In this document: one piece after another, positions 40,401 through 56,815 of the stretch
Layout of the letters: each line of letters begins with the position of its first letter
Position numbering within the stretch: position 1 is the stretch's first letter
DNA from: the human T2T-CHM13v2.0 reference genome, Homo sapiens
Length of the DNA: 64,000 nucleotides
Strand: one strand, 5' to 3'
Assembly: GCF_009914755.1 (NCBI RefSeq)
Contig: NC_060934.1
Notes under the pieces: generated by a model
The model's database searches: none
The model's input: only the letters and a program-made list of their open reading frames with translations
Told to the model about the DNA's origin: nothing
Translations under genes and position numbers: made by a program

Positions 40401-40619
40401 AAACCAAGTCTCTGTACTTGTAGATTTAGTTTTATAGGAAGGTATTTTAAACCACTGAGGATTCTTATACATCATATTTACCTATAATAACCAATAAAGC
40501 TTAAAAAGGGAAAAAAATTAATCATTCAACATCTTTAAAAGTTCAAATGTTAACTCACTGGAGTTTTGACCTTTACTTAGGATACGGGAAGCTATAAAGA
40601 ACTTCACTGTCACCTTAAT

Positions 40620-42262
40620 GACAAGAAAATTTAGAAGATAATTTACAGGATCTAGATCCCGTCAGAGAAAGTTAAAAAATCTCAGGGCAACCAACTAGCA
40701 TGAATTCTACAGACAGGCACCTCCAAAAAGAGAAGAAATACCTGCACTTGCAGAAAATGGGACCAGGTGATGCCAAGCACCATACAAGCTGGTAAGAACT
40801 CAGCTAAGAGGTCCAACATATTGCAAAAGGTGGAGTATGGACTAGTATGAGTGTATAGAACACCTGGGAGTCTCACACACAAAAGAGTTTTGCATTTACT
40901 CACAGGTTCTTATCCCTAAATCTCACTGGGCACGCTTTAAAATGATTGGGTGTGTGGGGATTGTGGATAGAGAGGAGGGAGACAAGGCAGAAGACCAAGG
41001 AGAGCTGCCCTTGGTGGTTCAGGCCTGGAAATGGGGGTGGGAAGGGTGGTAATAACCACTCTGGGAAAGGCACAAAGCCCAGCTCAGATCCTTTTGTCCT
41101 CTCTTAACTTTAAGGTACAAAAGCTCCATGCTCCTAGGGGACAGGAAATATACCCTATGACTCTCAGGGCACAGTTGAAAACCCATTGCAACCGTGAAAA
41201 GGAAACAGAAAATACCTACTTCTCTGTGGGTGGGGCAGGAAGCAGTCCTGGGCTCAGACCATTAAGGATTCCCAGTCAACCAGAATGAAACAAAAATGAC
41301 TGACGAGAAAGCCCCACCTCTAAGACCCAGAGACACAATGCCAATCTAAGACTAAGGCTGAACCTGAACAACATAGGCTGAACCCCTGTCCCTTGCCTTT
41401 CCCAACTAAGCTAGCAAGCAATGAGTAACAAATAGTGGCAATCTACCACTGAGGAGTCAAGAGTGTGAAGGAAGACCCTCTTTTCAGGTGTAGACTCACA
41501 AGGAATGCCTGAAGCTGAGGATGTTACAGGAACATTGAGAAAAATCCTCTGGCAATGCAGCCCTTACCTAAGCACAAGGTAATGATACAGGAATTTGACA
41601 CTGACATTGCAATGAGGTAACCATAGCAACAATAAAATCCAAACCCAGCTACCAATAAAATCCAAACCATAAAATGCAAACTCCTGAGGTTGACTCAAAC
41701 ATCATCTATACATACTAAAGGCCTAGCAGAAAGAGAGGTACACCCATCGGCAGACATAAATACCACTTAACACAGTCTCTACTGTCCTACACATAATTGT
41801 TGGGCTTTCAACCAAAAAATTTAAGACAAACAAAGAAGCAAGAAAAACAATCCCCTAACAAGAATCAAAACAATCAATAAAATAAGTCTCAGATATAATC
41901 TAGATGTGAGAACCATCAGATAGGGATTTAAAAACAATTATAATTAACATGTTAAGAGTTCCAGAGGCAAAAAGTAGGTGACTGAATAAGCGGATTCAGA
42001 AAGCTTATAGAACATTAAACCAGATTAAAACAAACAAGCAAACAAAAATACATAGACATATATTCAAACTTACATTCTGAAAACCAAGGAAATAAAAATT
42101 CCTAAAGGCAGCTAGAGGAAAAAAATGCATTACATAGAAAGAAACAAAGGTAAGAATTATAGTAGATTTATTAGGGACCATGCAAACCAGAAGATAAATG
42201 CTGGAAGAAAGAATTGTTAACCTAGAATTTCATAAGCAAAAAAAAATCTTTCAGAATATGAA
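40620..42262 (+). mobile_element. Old L1M 5'UTR/ORF1 fragments
   Basis: A-rich ORF1-like aaggcagctagaggaaaa...accatgcaaaccagaaga...aacctagaatt. Confidence 0.65.
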
Positions 42263-44547
42263 TAAGATGGATGGCTGTGATGGCTGTACAACAATCTGAA
42301 TGTACTTAATGCCACTGGACTGTAAAATGTTTAAAATGGTAAATGTGATGTACGTTTTATCACTACAAAGATTATTTTCAAAAATATGAAAGAGAAATAG
42401 AGATTTTTTTCAACTGTTTCCTAGTCACCCCACATGTAGTCATTCATTATGTTAAGTAAAAAATCAGAAACATTGTGTTAGGAACTATTTTTGTATTATT
42501 CCCACATGAGAATCCCTGTTGTTCAAGACAGCCAATAATTAGCTGCAATCTGGCCAACACTCAGTGACCCGATGGGCAATCTAGTTTTTCCACAATATGG
42601 ATAATATCTTCTTTCTCCTCTATCACTTCCTCACATTTAACTTCTCCTCAGCTGATTCTTCTCTCCAGGTCCATGTCCATCAAGTCTTAATCACAAAATG
42701 TTAGAATTAGTAGGGTCACTCAGAGGCATCATCTTTCAGGAGATAGCAGACTAAATCTGTAAAGTCAGATCCATTTTGGGGTCTTTGGGCTAATTCATCA
42801 TCTTACTCTTGGATCTTCTGTCTACCTTAAGAAGATGAGCCCTTCCTATTTATTCTAGGGTCATTAACTTTACTCCACAGTCCTCTGTGGGTACCTTACT
42901 TGCACAGATAGACAGGAGTTCTTATCTGTACTTTGCAGCCAGACCTATACGTAATAAAAGAAATAAAACACCTTTATATGTCTGTATAAGCTAGATGATG
43001 GCTCACTATAATGTGAAGGCAATCCAGTCCTCCAATTGTGAGTTCGAATAGAAACAGTATGATCTTCTAGAGCTGGAAATATCTCTTTATTGGTTGAGAA
43101 CATTAAACACCACAAACTTGAATCATTCCCCAGTGTAGATTAATATGAGTGCAATATTTACAACATAAAAATGAGGTTTTAAAATACAGAATGGTAAACA
43201 CGTACACACCAAAAATCAAGGCATAAAATGACTTTTAAAAAAACTGTGTCATGGATCTCAATGGAGTTGTGTCTTCTAATAGAAAAATAATTATACTAAT
43301 AATTAGAAGCAAAGATGAGAATTAAATGTATGTGACTTTTAATAATGAAGTACTAATAATGGAGGGACCCAAGGACTTGATTGAAGACAGTTTAATTTGG
43401 CATATTTATCCATTATCTGAAACAGGGAATACAGAGTAGAATATTTACATTTGTAAGGCATAGAGTCTTTTCTAGATTATAAAATGTCCAAGTGATAAGC
43501 ATAAAACATAATGCAATCTCACAAAATATTTTGAGTAGGAAAAAATGTGAGGGCTGTATTTTTATTTGAGAAAAATATAATTTTATAAAGGAAAACCACT
43601 GGTCTTAGAGGCAAATAATAATGGCGATCAAATAATATTCATGGCTATCAATAGCTATCAAGTATCATACATTATCTCATTCAATCTTTAACAATCTTTC
43701 AAACTAGCTATTCTTCCTATCTTATAGAGAAGCTAACTGAGGCTCAGAAAGTTTAAGTAGCTTGCCCAATGCTACAACAATGCTTGTTGAATGTCTATGT
43801 GAATGAATTTGTCTTAATTATTCACATCCCAATCTTTGAAAGATGAAATTTGGTTTTCCAACTATCAAGACAAAGGATGACCCAGAAACTGTAAATTCTG
43901 CCACTCTTGACCTTGATAGTTTGAAATAGAATACGTGTTGGCAATTAGCAGCCTGTTAAACAAAAACAAAACCCCTGTGAAGCATGATTATTAAGCTTTG
44001 ATTCCTTGGCAACTTTACAGATCTGTAATATGTTTAGGGAAACTAATAGAAAACCAAATTGGGCAATAGGAAATTCATTCCTATATTTGGTAGGTTGACT
44101 TCCATGGTTTTAATGCCACAATTTTCATTAATAATTCACCAGGACATTAGAGTAAAGCAGATTTGGAGAAGGAACAGTGGGCCTGTATATGAGGCTAAAA
44201 GCTAGAGATTAAAAGTTGCTGAAAAAGCCTCTGTGGAATTGTGTGAAGGGTCCCAAACTCAGTGTTACTAATAAATGGCAGTTGGTATTACAAATCATTT
44301 GTAAGGGGAATGATTTCCAAGAAATCTAAGTTCACGACGATGTGGTTGTGGATAAGACCAACCAGCAGATGGGGCTGCTAGAAGAAATAGAGGCTACATA
44401 ACCCCTACCTACCTTACCAACAGGTTGTATTTTAATTCTATTTCAAAGTTAATTATTTAGAATGCAGAATACATTGCACCATGGAAACAATGTTACAAAT
44501 CAGAAATCAGCACTATAGTCCACATGCTAACTCCAGCCTATCATCTG

Positions 44548-44725
<178 letters not shown>

Positions 44726-44774
44726 ACTTTTAAATTTTGTTTTTCATAGAGAAAATTCAATTTTCTACATCCAT

Positions 44775-44942
44775 TGATAAGGTTTTATTGAAATGCCGCC
44801 ATGCTTATTTGTTTATGTATTGCCTACAGCTACTTTCACACATCACAGCAAAGTTGAGTAGTTTTGACCATATGACTCACAAAGCCTTAAATATACACAC
44901 ACATATACACTATCTGGCCCTTTACATTAAAAGTTTCCTGGT
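44775..44942 (+). mobile_element. MER58A-like fragment
   Basis: gttttattgaaa..ccatgct...gttgagtagtt...tatctggccctttac. Confidence 0.7.
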
Positions 44943-45825
44943 TGTGATGGTTAATATTATGTGTCAACTTGTCTGGGCTAAGGGATGTTCAAATAGCTGA
45001 TAAAACATTATTTCTTGGTGTATCTGTGAGGGTGTTTCTGGAAGAGATTAGCATTTAAATTAGAAAAGTGAGTGCAGAAAGTCCACTTTCACATATGTGG
45101 GCAGGCATCATCTAATCCTTTGAGAGCCCAAATAGTATAAAAAGTGGAGAAGTAGAAATGCTCTCCCCTCCTTGAGGTGAGACATTCATCTTCTCCTGCC
45201 CTTGGACAATGGAGTTCCTGGTTCTCAGGCCTTTGGACTTCAGGACTTAGACCAACCCTCTTCTCCCTTTCCAGGTTCTCAGGCCTTCAGCATTAGACTG
45301 GAAGTTAATCATAGCCACCTCTGGTTTTCAGGCCTTCAGACTTGGACTGAAGTATACCACCAGCTTACATAAAGCATATTGTGGGACTTCTCAGTCTCCA
45401 TAATCACATGAGTCAATTCCCATGATAAATTTCCTATATATAAACAGTAGTCTTGCCTTATCTGAGGTTTCACTTTCTGAGGTTTCAGTTGCCCTCAGTC
45501 AATTACAGTCCAAAATTACTATATACAGTAAGATATTTTGAGAGAGAGAGATCACATTCATATGCCTATGATTATAATATATTGTTATAATTGTTCTATT
45601 TTATTAATTGTTGATAATCTCTTACTGTACCTAATTTATAAATTAAACTTTATCATAGGTATATAAGTATAAGAGAAAAACATAGTGTCTTAGGGTTTGG
45701 TACTATCCACAGTTTCAGGCATCCTTTGGGGGTCTTGGAATGTATCCCTCATGGATAAGGGGGGACTACTATATATCTATATATTCCCTATTTATTCTGT
45801 TTCCCTGGAGAACTCTGACTAATAC
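44943..45825 (+). mobile_element. MLT2 LTR with MER44A insertion
   Basis: tgtgatggttaatattatgtgtcaactt...ctggagaactctgactaataca. Confidence 0.85.
45445..45771 (+). mobile_element. MER44A (Tigger7 MITE)
   Basis: cagtagtc..ccttatc ... gataaggggggactact termini. Confidence 0.85.
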
Positions 45826-46079
45826 ATTGATCCTTCTTATAAAATATTATTACATTCCCAGGTTGGCTGGCAAAAGCCAATATCATTTAAAATGTGGTTG
45901 TGCTGTGGTGTTAATAGAATTCCAAAGTCTATGCCTTGAATTCTTTTGAGAATTCTGGTGGCATTTCCAGCTGTGGAAGCTTTGAATATCAGAACATACT
46001 TTTCAAAGTCATACTTTCTACCTTTGCTCATGCTGTTCAGTCAGTTTGGAATACCTCTCCCCGACAAGAAAAACCATAA

Positions 46080-46320
46080 AAATGGCTAATATTTATGAGT
46101 TAAGAAAATTGAGCATTTTCTACATGTTTTAAGCATTTTACATGTATTACTTTACTTAATCCACACAACAGAATGAGATAATTACTATTAATATGCCCAT
46201 TTACAGATGGGGAAACTGAAACGCAGACTTGCTCCAAGTCACACTTCTAGTAAGTGCTAGAGCTAGGACATAAACCCTAGAAATCTAACACAATCTCAGA
46301 TATTATGCTATTAACTACTA
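46080..46320 (+). mobile_element. MIR
   Basis: cccatttacagatggggaaactga. Confidence 0.7.
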
Positions 46321-48391
46321 ACCACAAGGCTATAACCTCTTTTGCAACTTTTGAAAGCCCTTTCAACTTTTAAGGCCTAACTAAAATGCCAATTTTTTCA
46401 TAAAGCCTTTTTCCAAGATTCCCCATGCCCACAAGTTCAAAATAATTGTATTTATGGTTTTATGAGCCCTCTATTTGTCTATAAAAGTACTCAGTTCATT
46501 TTACTCTGTGTTCTAATTTACATGTTGCACTCCCAACCTTAGGCACATACATAAACAAAATGTGAATTTTAAGCTCATTCAGGGCAAGAAACATACAATC
46601 CATTACATCATACAGAGCAGGTGCTTCACAAATGCATCTACTGCAAATAACTGAGTGAATGAATGCAAAGGCAGTTGGCTCCTGATATTAAACAAAACAT
46701 TCTAATGGAGATAATTCCTCAGGTGGTAAAGATATTAACATGTTTGATAGGGAGCTTGGTTTTATTTGCTATTCAAAGTGAGTCATAACCAAGACATTCT
46801 TTTCAAATCTACATAACTACCTGAAGCAAGCCTTAAGTATAGCCAAACAGGATAATTGAAGAAATTATCTTGTTTATACAAGATCAAGCCAGAGAAACAG
46901 AAGCCCCCAACATTCATCTCTCTTTGGGGTTAAGGCAGTGATCTTCCAGTCTTTCTTATTTGCTGATATTTTATTTAACAAAATCCTATATGGAAGTCCA
47001 AATTATAATATAAAATCAATGAAATGAAATATCTTGTAATTGAAGCAGTAGAGGGTAGAGAGGCAAGGAAAGATGAAGCTCTAGAATCCTTCCACCTCCA
47101 AGGGACCCCTAGGGCACCACCATAGAACTTCTAGAACACAGCACAATTTGGCTTGAAAACTATACCGAATGCATGTTAATTCAGTAACACATTTTTGTTC
47201 ATTATTACTTATTATTTTCTACATCATCAATTATCCCTAGAACAAGAAAGGGCCTTGGCAGCATTCAATACTTGCCTTTTGACATAATGTGTAATAAATT
47301 TTGATAGATATGAGGTCAAGAAAGAATCTACAGGGATGCAGGAGAGGACAGATATGAGAGGGCAGCCATACCACAGGGTCACTGGACAATCAAAAGATAA
47401 TGATGCTGGGTGCTTTCAAAAGGGGATGCAGGAAAAAGGACTCTGAGGGCCACATCTCAACATTGCACCAGGCTTGTATCACCAATGGTAAAGAACGTGG
47501 CAACTGTTAGTTATTACTCCAAGATGTCTCATGATTTAAAAATCAGCTGGTGGGAGTGGATCTTTGAAATATAGGCCCTCTAGCGTTTGCAGGAATAGTG
47601 AGTTGTCCAGTAAAATATCAAGGTGAAAAATCCATGTTTGGACTGACAAAAAGTATGTGCTGTTAGTTAAATATTGGTTAACAGACACAACAAGAAATCA
47701 TTCTGTTTTAATCCATAACAGTGGTACTGGCTGCGCTGAAACCAAAGCTCAGATAGATATCTCATTGTGCGGAGATAGGTTGAGCCCATCTCTGGCTCTA
47801 ATGCAATCTTGAGCCTCAGGGGCACTGGAATCAGGCACACAGCATGAGAGCCTAAGAAAAAAGGCAGCTTTTCCAGAGAGAGAAATAGAGAATTAAAGAG
47901 TTTTATCCATGATCTTCAAATTGGTAAGAACTTGGGGGTCTCATATATTCCAAGTATCAGTCCTTAGAAACAGAAAAATCCCTAGTTTTGGATTCAGAAA
48001 ATTTCATTTGAAGTCCTGACACTTCCACTTATTAGATTTTAACTTGATATTTAATCTCTCTGATATGTACAGTGGCACTTGTAATACTTGTCCTATCTCA
48101 TGGTGTTGTTAATCTCATACTGAAATGTGGATGATGAACTCAAAATAGTCACCCTTTTAAGGCTATTATCAGATTACTAATTTAGAATCTGCAGTTCTGT
48201 TCTCTCATGCTTTTGGGAGAGTGATCATGGAAGGATATACTAGGCTTAGCAGAGAAGAATCCCTATAGAAGCTTTTGGGATAAAACATCGGAATTGTACA
48301 TGAAGCCCCAAAAGAGTAGAGTAGGCAAGAGACAACTATTAAGGAGGGGCGATTAGGACTCTTGGGACCAGAGGTGAAAACAATGCTGTTG

Positions 48392-48692
48392 TTGCTGTTT
48401 CTTTTTGTAAAGATAGGGTCTTGCTCTGTCACCCAGGCTGGGGGACATGGTGTGATCATAGCTCACCGTAACCTTGAACTTCCGGCTCAAGCAATCCTCC
48501 TGCCTCAGCCTCCCAAGTAGCTGGGACTGTGGGCATGTACCACTGTGCCAGGCTACTTTTTAAAAAGATTTTATTAGAGATGAGGTTTTGTTATTTTCCC
48601 CAGGCTTGTCTCAAACTCATTGGCTCATGTGATCCTCTCGGCTTGGCCTCTCAAAGTGCTGGCATTATAGACGTGAGCCACTGTGCAAGGCC
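48392..48692 (-). mobile_element. AluJ
   Basis: gatcatagctcac..accttgaactt; TSD-like aacaatg. Confidence 0.92.
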
Positions 48693-49853
48693 AACAATGT
48701 AGTTTTTAAGTGGAAAGGAAAATCCTTGATTCCCCCAGGAATGAAACATGTCAGTAGTTGAAAAGAGAAGAAAAGGGGTAAATTTTTGTTGACCATTGGT
48801 TCCCAGAAAAAATCACAGGCAATGAGACCCAAGCCTTGGAAAAAATTGGAAAAGAAAATTACAAAGCATTTAATAGAATCTAGGGAATTCCAATGTGCCA
48901 AATAACTGACATTATTTCTGAGAGGTCTTGTCAGTAATTCCAGTGCCTAGAAAACAGGAGTAGACCTGGCAAAAAAAAATAAAGTGTCTGTATGTATCTG
49001 TGTGTCTGTGTCTGTGTGTGAGAGAGAGAGTGGAATTGGGAAGCAGTTATAGATATCTTGATAGATAGATAAAAAGATAGAAAACTTGTCCTGTGAACTA
49101 CCCACATGTACATGCACTGTGATTTCTTGGCTCCTCCTACCCACCCTGTCCAATGCCACTGAAGGTTAGTCAGTAGAAGAAACCTACAGGCAGCCTCTAC
49201 TTCTTCTGTAGCCTCCTGTTTCAAGTTTAGAAAGGGATCGTCTCAGAGATGCTCAAGCCTACCTGCAATTAGTAAGACAGATTAGCTACCCTATGGGTTA
49301 AATATTCCTTCAATGACTGGCCTAAAACCCCTAACTGTCATTTATAAGTGTGTTTACAAACCTTATATGAAGTATAATGAGCCTTTGCTAATAGAAAAAT
49401 ATTTTATATTCAAGCTCTCAAATGATGGTAGTTGGATTTTTTAGAATCTATTAATTGAGAAAACACAAAATGAAGAGAGCTGCTGTGAACCCAAAAACTT
49501 TTAAGTGAATTTCATTATTATTCACCATCATCATAAATATACTCAAGAAGTTGTACATATTATAAAATATGTACTATATACGTATATGAATATATATATA
49601 CACGTACTATGCAAAACAAAATTTATTCAGCCTATAGCTGATGATTTGTGTGTAAATGAATTAAAAAACGTCTTCTAATTCTGAGATTCCCAGAAACCTC
49701 TAGTCCACATGTTTGGAATCATTAATTTACATCACTAATCTTACATAGAAAATGCATTCTGGGTTCTAAGTGACCAACCCAGAACTAGGAAACTTAAGAT
49801 GACTAATAAACTAATAAGCTAATAATAAGCAATGGCTAAACATTAGACTAAGG

Positions 49854-50100
49854 CAGAGCTTCTCAACGTTTTTAAATTATCATCTCCCCAAGGACCCCTT
49901 ATAGATATTTATTTTTCTTAATTGTCCTCCATGAAATTTTAATACTACACATATACTATATATCTATTTTATACTGTTCATACTGTGACCTTTGGAGGAG
50001 AACGAACCATTGTAATACCTAAGTTTTCTCACACACACACTCCACCAAGTACCAATTTTTCACCAACTTGAAGGCTATATTGCTTCTATTGAGAATATAT
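49854..50100. mobile_element. hAT-Charlie-type MITE
   Basis: cagagcttctcaac...ttgagaat termini; ccatgaaattttaatac core. Confidence 0.55.
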
Positions 50101-50949
50101 GGGCCAAGGAACTTTATATTCATTATCTTATATAATCCTTAAAGTGAGTATTATTCCCATTTTATTAGATGACACTGAGACTGAGAGAGGCTAAATAAAG
50201 TTATCCAGTTCATTAGTCTCATTAAGTCCACACAAGGACTGAGTGGAAACACTATACATGGTACATTTCCTAGAGCAGCTAATAGGACACTCACAAACAC
50301 AAGCTGCCCTTAAAGAATGACAGTGTCAAAGCCATGCATTATGCATTGAAAGTTGCTATGTGTATGACCAGGTTTTTTTTCTTTGACATTCATTGTCTGA
50401 TTAAGCCTGCAAAGTTTTGCTGGCTTGGTATAGAATAATCTTTCAGTATTATTGATCAAACATATATTATTTAACATTTTTAAATGTTTTGACATTTTCA
50501 TTTTCTAAAGTCCAAGTAATTTAAAGAAATATGGCTTGCAGACCATTTCCTTCTTCAACACCTTAGAGGTTATGTGAAAGCAAGTTTTACTCTTGGGTAA
50601 TTCTAGCAGGCAGCAATGATATGTAATTATGTCAAGCCATGCTTTTTGTTCAGTGTTTTTATCAATGTTGTCACAAGAGACAGATGCATAAAATGTTGGC
50701 ATTAAAAAGATTCTTAAGAGATGATCTCAATTGAAACCCAATAATCATACTCCTAGTTAGGAGAGGAACTAAGACTTAAATTAAATTATAGCTGAGAACC
50801 TTTCTTCCCAACCAGAGGAATTTAATCTAGGTGCCATAGAAAAAAATAAAATCACAGATTTTTAAGTTAGAAGGTATGTTAACTGATTCCTAAGATACTT
50901 CCAAATTGGTAAGTCACTAAATGTAGTTTAAAGAAAAAAGATATGAGAG

Positions 50950-52593
50950 ACTTATACTTCTGGCCAAGATAAAGTAACAAGGACCAGATTCAATATATGA
51001 AATAATGGTTTCCAAAACACTGAACATCAGACAACAAAGGACAGTGAACTCTGAGAGATGACAACCAAGCAACTGAGCACTGTAATTTTTTCAGTTTTCT
51101 GCATTGAGAGAGTTTACAAGTCATGACACAGAAAAGATGAAAAGGAGCTTAGTAAGCTCCTTGACTTGAGGAGATAGAGGTAAGAGTCTGGGAAGACCAA
51201 AGCACTTCATTCAGACTAACAGCAAATAAAGGGATGCATGGAGACATAACTCTAGACATCTCCAGAAAGTTCTCAAATATGTAGCAGAATACAAATAAGC
51301 ACATGAGTATGAAGAAACTACCAGAGGTAGAGAATCATCTGAAAGTTATAAGGAATAATGTGTTCTACAAGACTGAAAATAGTACTTATTCCTGCCAGTA
51401 AGCCTGAAAAAAATCATAATTCATAGGGCATTAGACGGAGTACTCAGAGAGGTCTTGCCTCAGTTATGGAGAATATTAGCTCTAGACTGAACATTGCTCC
51501 AGCCCTTCCTAACAAATCATATAAGCAAGACAGGAAAGGATCAAACTGTTTCCAAATAACTTAACTCTCCATAAACATAGCTCAGAACAATACAAAAATA
51601 TGTACTTCTTAACAAGGCAAAATGTACAATTATCTCTCATTCAATGAAGGATTACTTAGTATGCAAAGAGTCAAGAAAACATGACTCATGATATGAAAAA
51701 TAATCAATTAATCCAAAACAACTCAGAACTGACAGATATGTTAGAATTATCAAAGAATGACATACTGTACTTCCATATGTTCTAAGAGAGACAAGAAAAA
51801 TATTTTAAAATATCCAAATTGAATTTCTAGAGATGAAATCTACAATGTGTGAGACAAAAAATACACAAAGGTTTAACAGTAGATTAGACAATGCAAGAGA
51901 AAACATTAGTGAACTTGAAGGAGTGATATTAGAAACAATCCAAAATGAAATCCACTGAGAAAGAAGAATCCAAAAAAATGAAAAGAGCATCAGTCAGCTC
52001 TGGGACAACTTCAAGTGGCCTAACATAGAGATAATTGGTGTCTTAGAACAGAGAGAAGAAAGGTCAGAAAAATATATTTGAAGAAATTATGGCAGACAAC
52101 TTTCCAAATTTCATGAAAACCATAAAACACAAATTCAAAGAGCTCAAAGCATCCTAAGCATAAGAAACATAAAGAAAACTATACCAAGGAACTAAATTGC
52201 TCAAAACCAATAATAAACAGAAAATATTAAATGTAGACAGAGAAGAAAAACACATTACCTACAGAGGAGCAAAGATAAGTAAGACTTCAGATTCCTCACT
52301 GGAAACAATGCAAGTGAGACAACAGGAGCAACATATTTAAAGTACTTAAAGAATAAAACAAACAACAACAAGAAAAAACCTGTCAACCTAGAATGCTATA
52401 GCCAGTAAAAATATCTTTCAAAAAATGAAGATGAAATAAAAACATTTTCAAAATGACAGAAGGACAAATAATTCATCACCAGAATACCTGAACTATAAGA
52501 AATGTTAAAGATTGTCCTTAAGGCAGAATGAAAATAATAACAAATAGAAATCTGTATCAACATGAAATAATATAGAGTACTGGAAATGGTAAC
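50950..52593 (+). mobile_element. Old L1M 5'UTR and ORF1
   Basis: acttctggccaagat 5' end; ORF1-like ctagagatgaaa...tgggacaacttcaag...tgtcaacctagaat. Confidence 0.85.
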
Positions 52594-52595
52594 TA

Positions 52596-52625
52596 CAGAT
52601 AGTCCCCGACTTACAATGGTTTGAG
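52596..52625 (+). mobile_element. MER47-like (Tigger5) left terminus only
   Basis: TA followed by cagatagtccccgacttacaatggtttga. Confidence 0.65.
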
Positions 52626-52629
52626 CAAC

Positions 52630-52825
52630 CAGACAATAAAGGACAGTGAACACAGAGAAATGACAACCAAATAAGGTGAGCACTGTAATTTTTCAGCTTT
52701 CTGCATTAACAGAGTTTATAGGTCATGACACACAGACGATGAAGTGAAAGGACCTTAGTAATCTCCTTGATTTGAGGAGATAGAGATAACAGTCTGGGGA
52801 GACCAAAGCACTTCATTCAGACTAA
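52630..52825 (+). repeat. Local duplicate of 51028-51219
   Basis: Colinear alignment ending in the identical gaccaaagcacttcattcagactaa. Confidence 0.9.
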
Positions 52826-52843
52826 AAGGGAATAAAGAAATTT

Positions 52844-54290
<1,447 letters not shown>

Positions 54291-54329
54291 TTTAATATGA
54301 ATGCTCAGCACATTAACTTCCAGTCTTCT

Positions 54330-54960
54330 TGATTTTCTAATATATACATTTAGCATGATAATTCTCTCTCTAAAGTACTACCTTAGCAGTATCATAGAAA
54401 TTTTGATTGTTGTATTTTTATTACAAAGTTCAAAAATGTCCTAATTTTCATGATTAATACTTCTCTCTTTGACTAATGTTTACTAGAGGAGTTTTTGAAT
54501 TTCCAAATGTGGATTTTTCTAGTTAAAATCTTTTAAAATTATTTTGTGGTCAGAAACTACATTCTAAATTATTTCAGTCCTCTAGAATGTATTTAGACTT
54601 GCTTTTTGTGGTGCCCAATTGCATGTGTGCATGTCTCTGTGTGTGTGTGGTGCGTATGTGTGCATGTGAGTATGTGTATGTGTGCGCACGCGTGTGTGTT
54701 TTCGAGTCATCTATTTATTTCAAAAACAATGTGTTTGCCATTTTGAGATTCAACTTTCTATATCCTTAGTGATTTTTTTTTGTCTGCTTGTTTGGTCAGT
54801 TTTTAAGAAAGTATCTTAAAGTATACCACTATGATTATATGTTTGCTTGTTTCTCCTTGTAGTTTGTCATGATTTTCTTTATATATTTTGAAGCTATGTT
54901 TTTAGTTAAATAAAAATTATAATACTTTTTCTGGTGACTTGAAACTCTTTTCATTATTAA
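54330..54960 (-). mobile_element. Old L1M ORF2 fragment
   Basis: T-rich ttgtggtcagaaa...ctttatatattttgaagctatgtt. Confidence 0.65.
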
Positions 54961-54984
54961 GACATCTTTTTAAAACAAGCATAT

Positions 54985-55345
54985 CAGAGCCCTAATGTCC
55001 AAATGAGTTTTAATCCCTTTAAAGTAGTTCTTATGAAGTCAGACACTTACTACAACAATGTTGTTATCACTCTAAACATTTTTGTCCTTTGGTTTTTGGG
55101 AATTAGCTTCCAGACCTTTATGTTATGGCCTCATATGAACAAAGTCTATTTCATTCTATTGTAATTAAGAATTGGTTTTTACTCCAAATGTGATTATACA
55201 GTTCCGTCACAGACTTTCTTCTCTAATTTGGCTCCAGATTGCCTTCTGACTTACCACCAGTGAGAGTATTTACAATAATATGCCACAGACTCAGAAAGTA
55301 GTGCCCAGGGAGAACCAATGGTGGCAAATTTGGAATAAACATACC
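54985..55345. mobile_element. MARNA-like mariner remnant
   Basis: aagtagtt...cacttact.caacaatgttg...aacatttttg...ggaattagcttccaga. Confidence 0.5.
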
Positions 55346-56049
55346 ATTTCCTAAAGAAATAAGAATTTTGATCCTGACTTGGACACTAAATAAATTGTGT
55401 GATCATGGGCAAGTAATTTCTCTTTTCCTCTCAGCCATAGTTTCCTTCCGAAGTGTATTGAGAGGCATACTGTCAAAGTCTATTATTCAATTATTACAAT
55501 AGGAAATCAATAGCATATAAAAGCAACAACCTGAGACAGCCTGACTTGGAGCTTCAAGAAAAAAAAGAAAGAAGATAAATGTTTATCAGGAGTATTATTT
55601 CATTACATACTCTGTTTTTTAATGTTGTAGTGTAAGTTTTAACTCTTCGGATTTAGAAAAATATAGTGCTTGCAAACTGTCATTTTATTAGGGGAGGCAG
55701 GTCTAAAATATATACCTAATAATAGGTCACATATAATGTAGAAAGATGTCAGAAAATAACAAACTATCCAGTGAATATACGGTTAATTGTGAACTCTAAC
55801 AAAATTGAACCCAGGAATCCAGTGTTTTCCTCTTTTATTACATTGCCTTTCAATGATCAGAACCCAAAGTTGAATGTATAATTTAATTGGCAACCAAAGC
55901 AGCTGAGATGTCCTTAGAGTCAGAAGGGTGTATGGCTACAGAGATCTGAGCTGGCTCTCAAACTACCCATTAAGCAGCAGCCAAGGCTAAAGCCACAGTG
56001 TCTTCGGGAAACCTTTAAGAAGCAGGGTAAAGTAATGGGACAAGTACAG

Positions 56050-56237
56050 GGAAAGCAGGTAAAAATGTTGCCTATCTTTGGTAGAGCTGACAACTCTGTG
56101 AACAAAAGGCCACTGGGACTTATTAATCAACTTGGAGACTGTATCTACTGTGAAAACAGCCTCAGCAATAGAAGTTGAACCTTGAAAACTGGATAGGAAA
56201 GCATTGAAAATACAAAATACTAAATGCAAAAAATAAA
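56050..56237 (+). repeat. Local duplication, inserted copy (188 bp)
   Basis: 184/188 identical to 57385-57572; flanked by acaagtacag direct repeats. Confidence 0.97.
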
Positions 56238-56376
56238 GCCTGTACAAGTACAGATCTAAGTTTATACCCTGGCTCGGACAATTACAGTTAAGTGACCTTA
56301 GGAAAGTGATCTCACTTCCATTTCCATATGATGAGAATAATTCTACCTACTTTGAAAAATTGTTGTCATGAGATAC

Positions 56377-56815
56377 TGATACTGAGTTTGGATGTGTGCC
56401 CCCTCCAAATCACAATTCCCAATGTTGGAGCTAGGACTTGGTAGGACAAGTGGTTGAATCATGGAGGCAGATCCCTCATGAAGGCAGATCCCTCATGAAT
56501 GGCTTGATGCTATCCTTGCAGTAATGAGTGAGTGCTCACTCTGAGTTCACAGTGATATCTTTAAATTATTAAAAAAAAAAAAAAGAGGCTGGAATTTCCT
56601 CCTCTCTCTCTTGCCCTCTCTCACCACGGGACGCACTGGCTCCCTTTCCCTTCTGCCATGATTGTAAGCTTCCTGAAGCCCTCACCAGAAGCAGATGCTG
56701 GTACTATGCTTCTTGTACAGCCTGCAGAACCAAGAGCCAATAAAACTCTTTCCTTTGTAAATTACCCAGTCTCGAGTATTCCTTTATGGCAATGCAGATA
56801 GTGGATGAAAAACAC
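56377..56815 (+). mobile_element. MSTB-like MaLR LTR
   Basis: gtttggatgtgtgcccctccaaatc...gcagatccctcatgaatggcttg...aattacccagtctc. Confidence 0.85.
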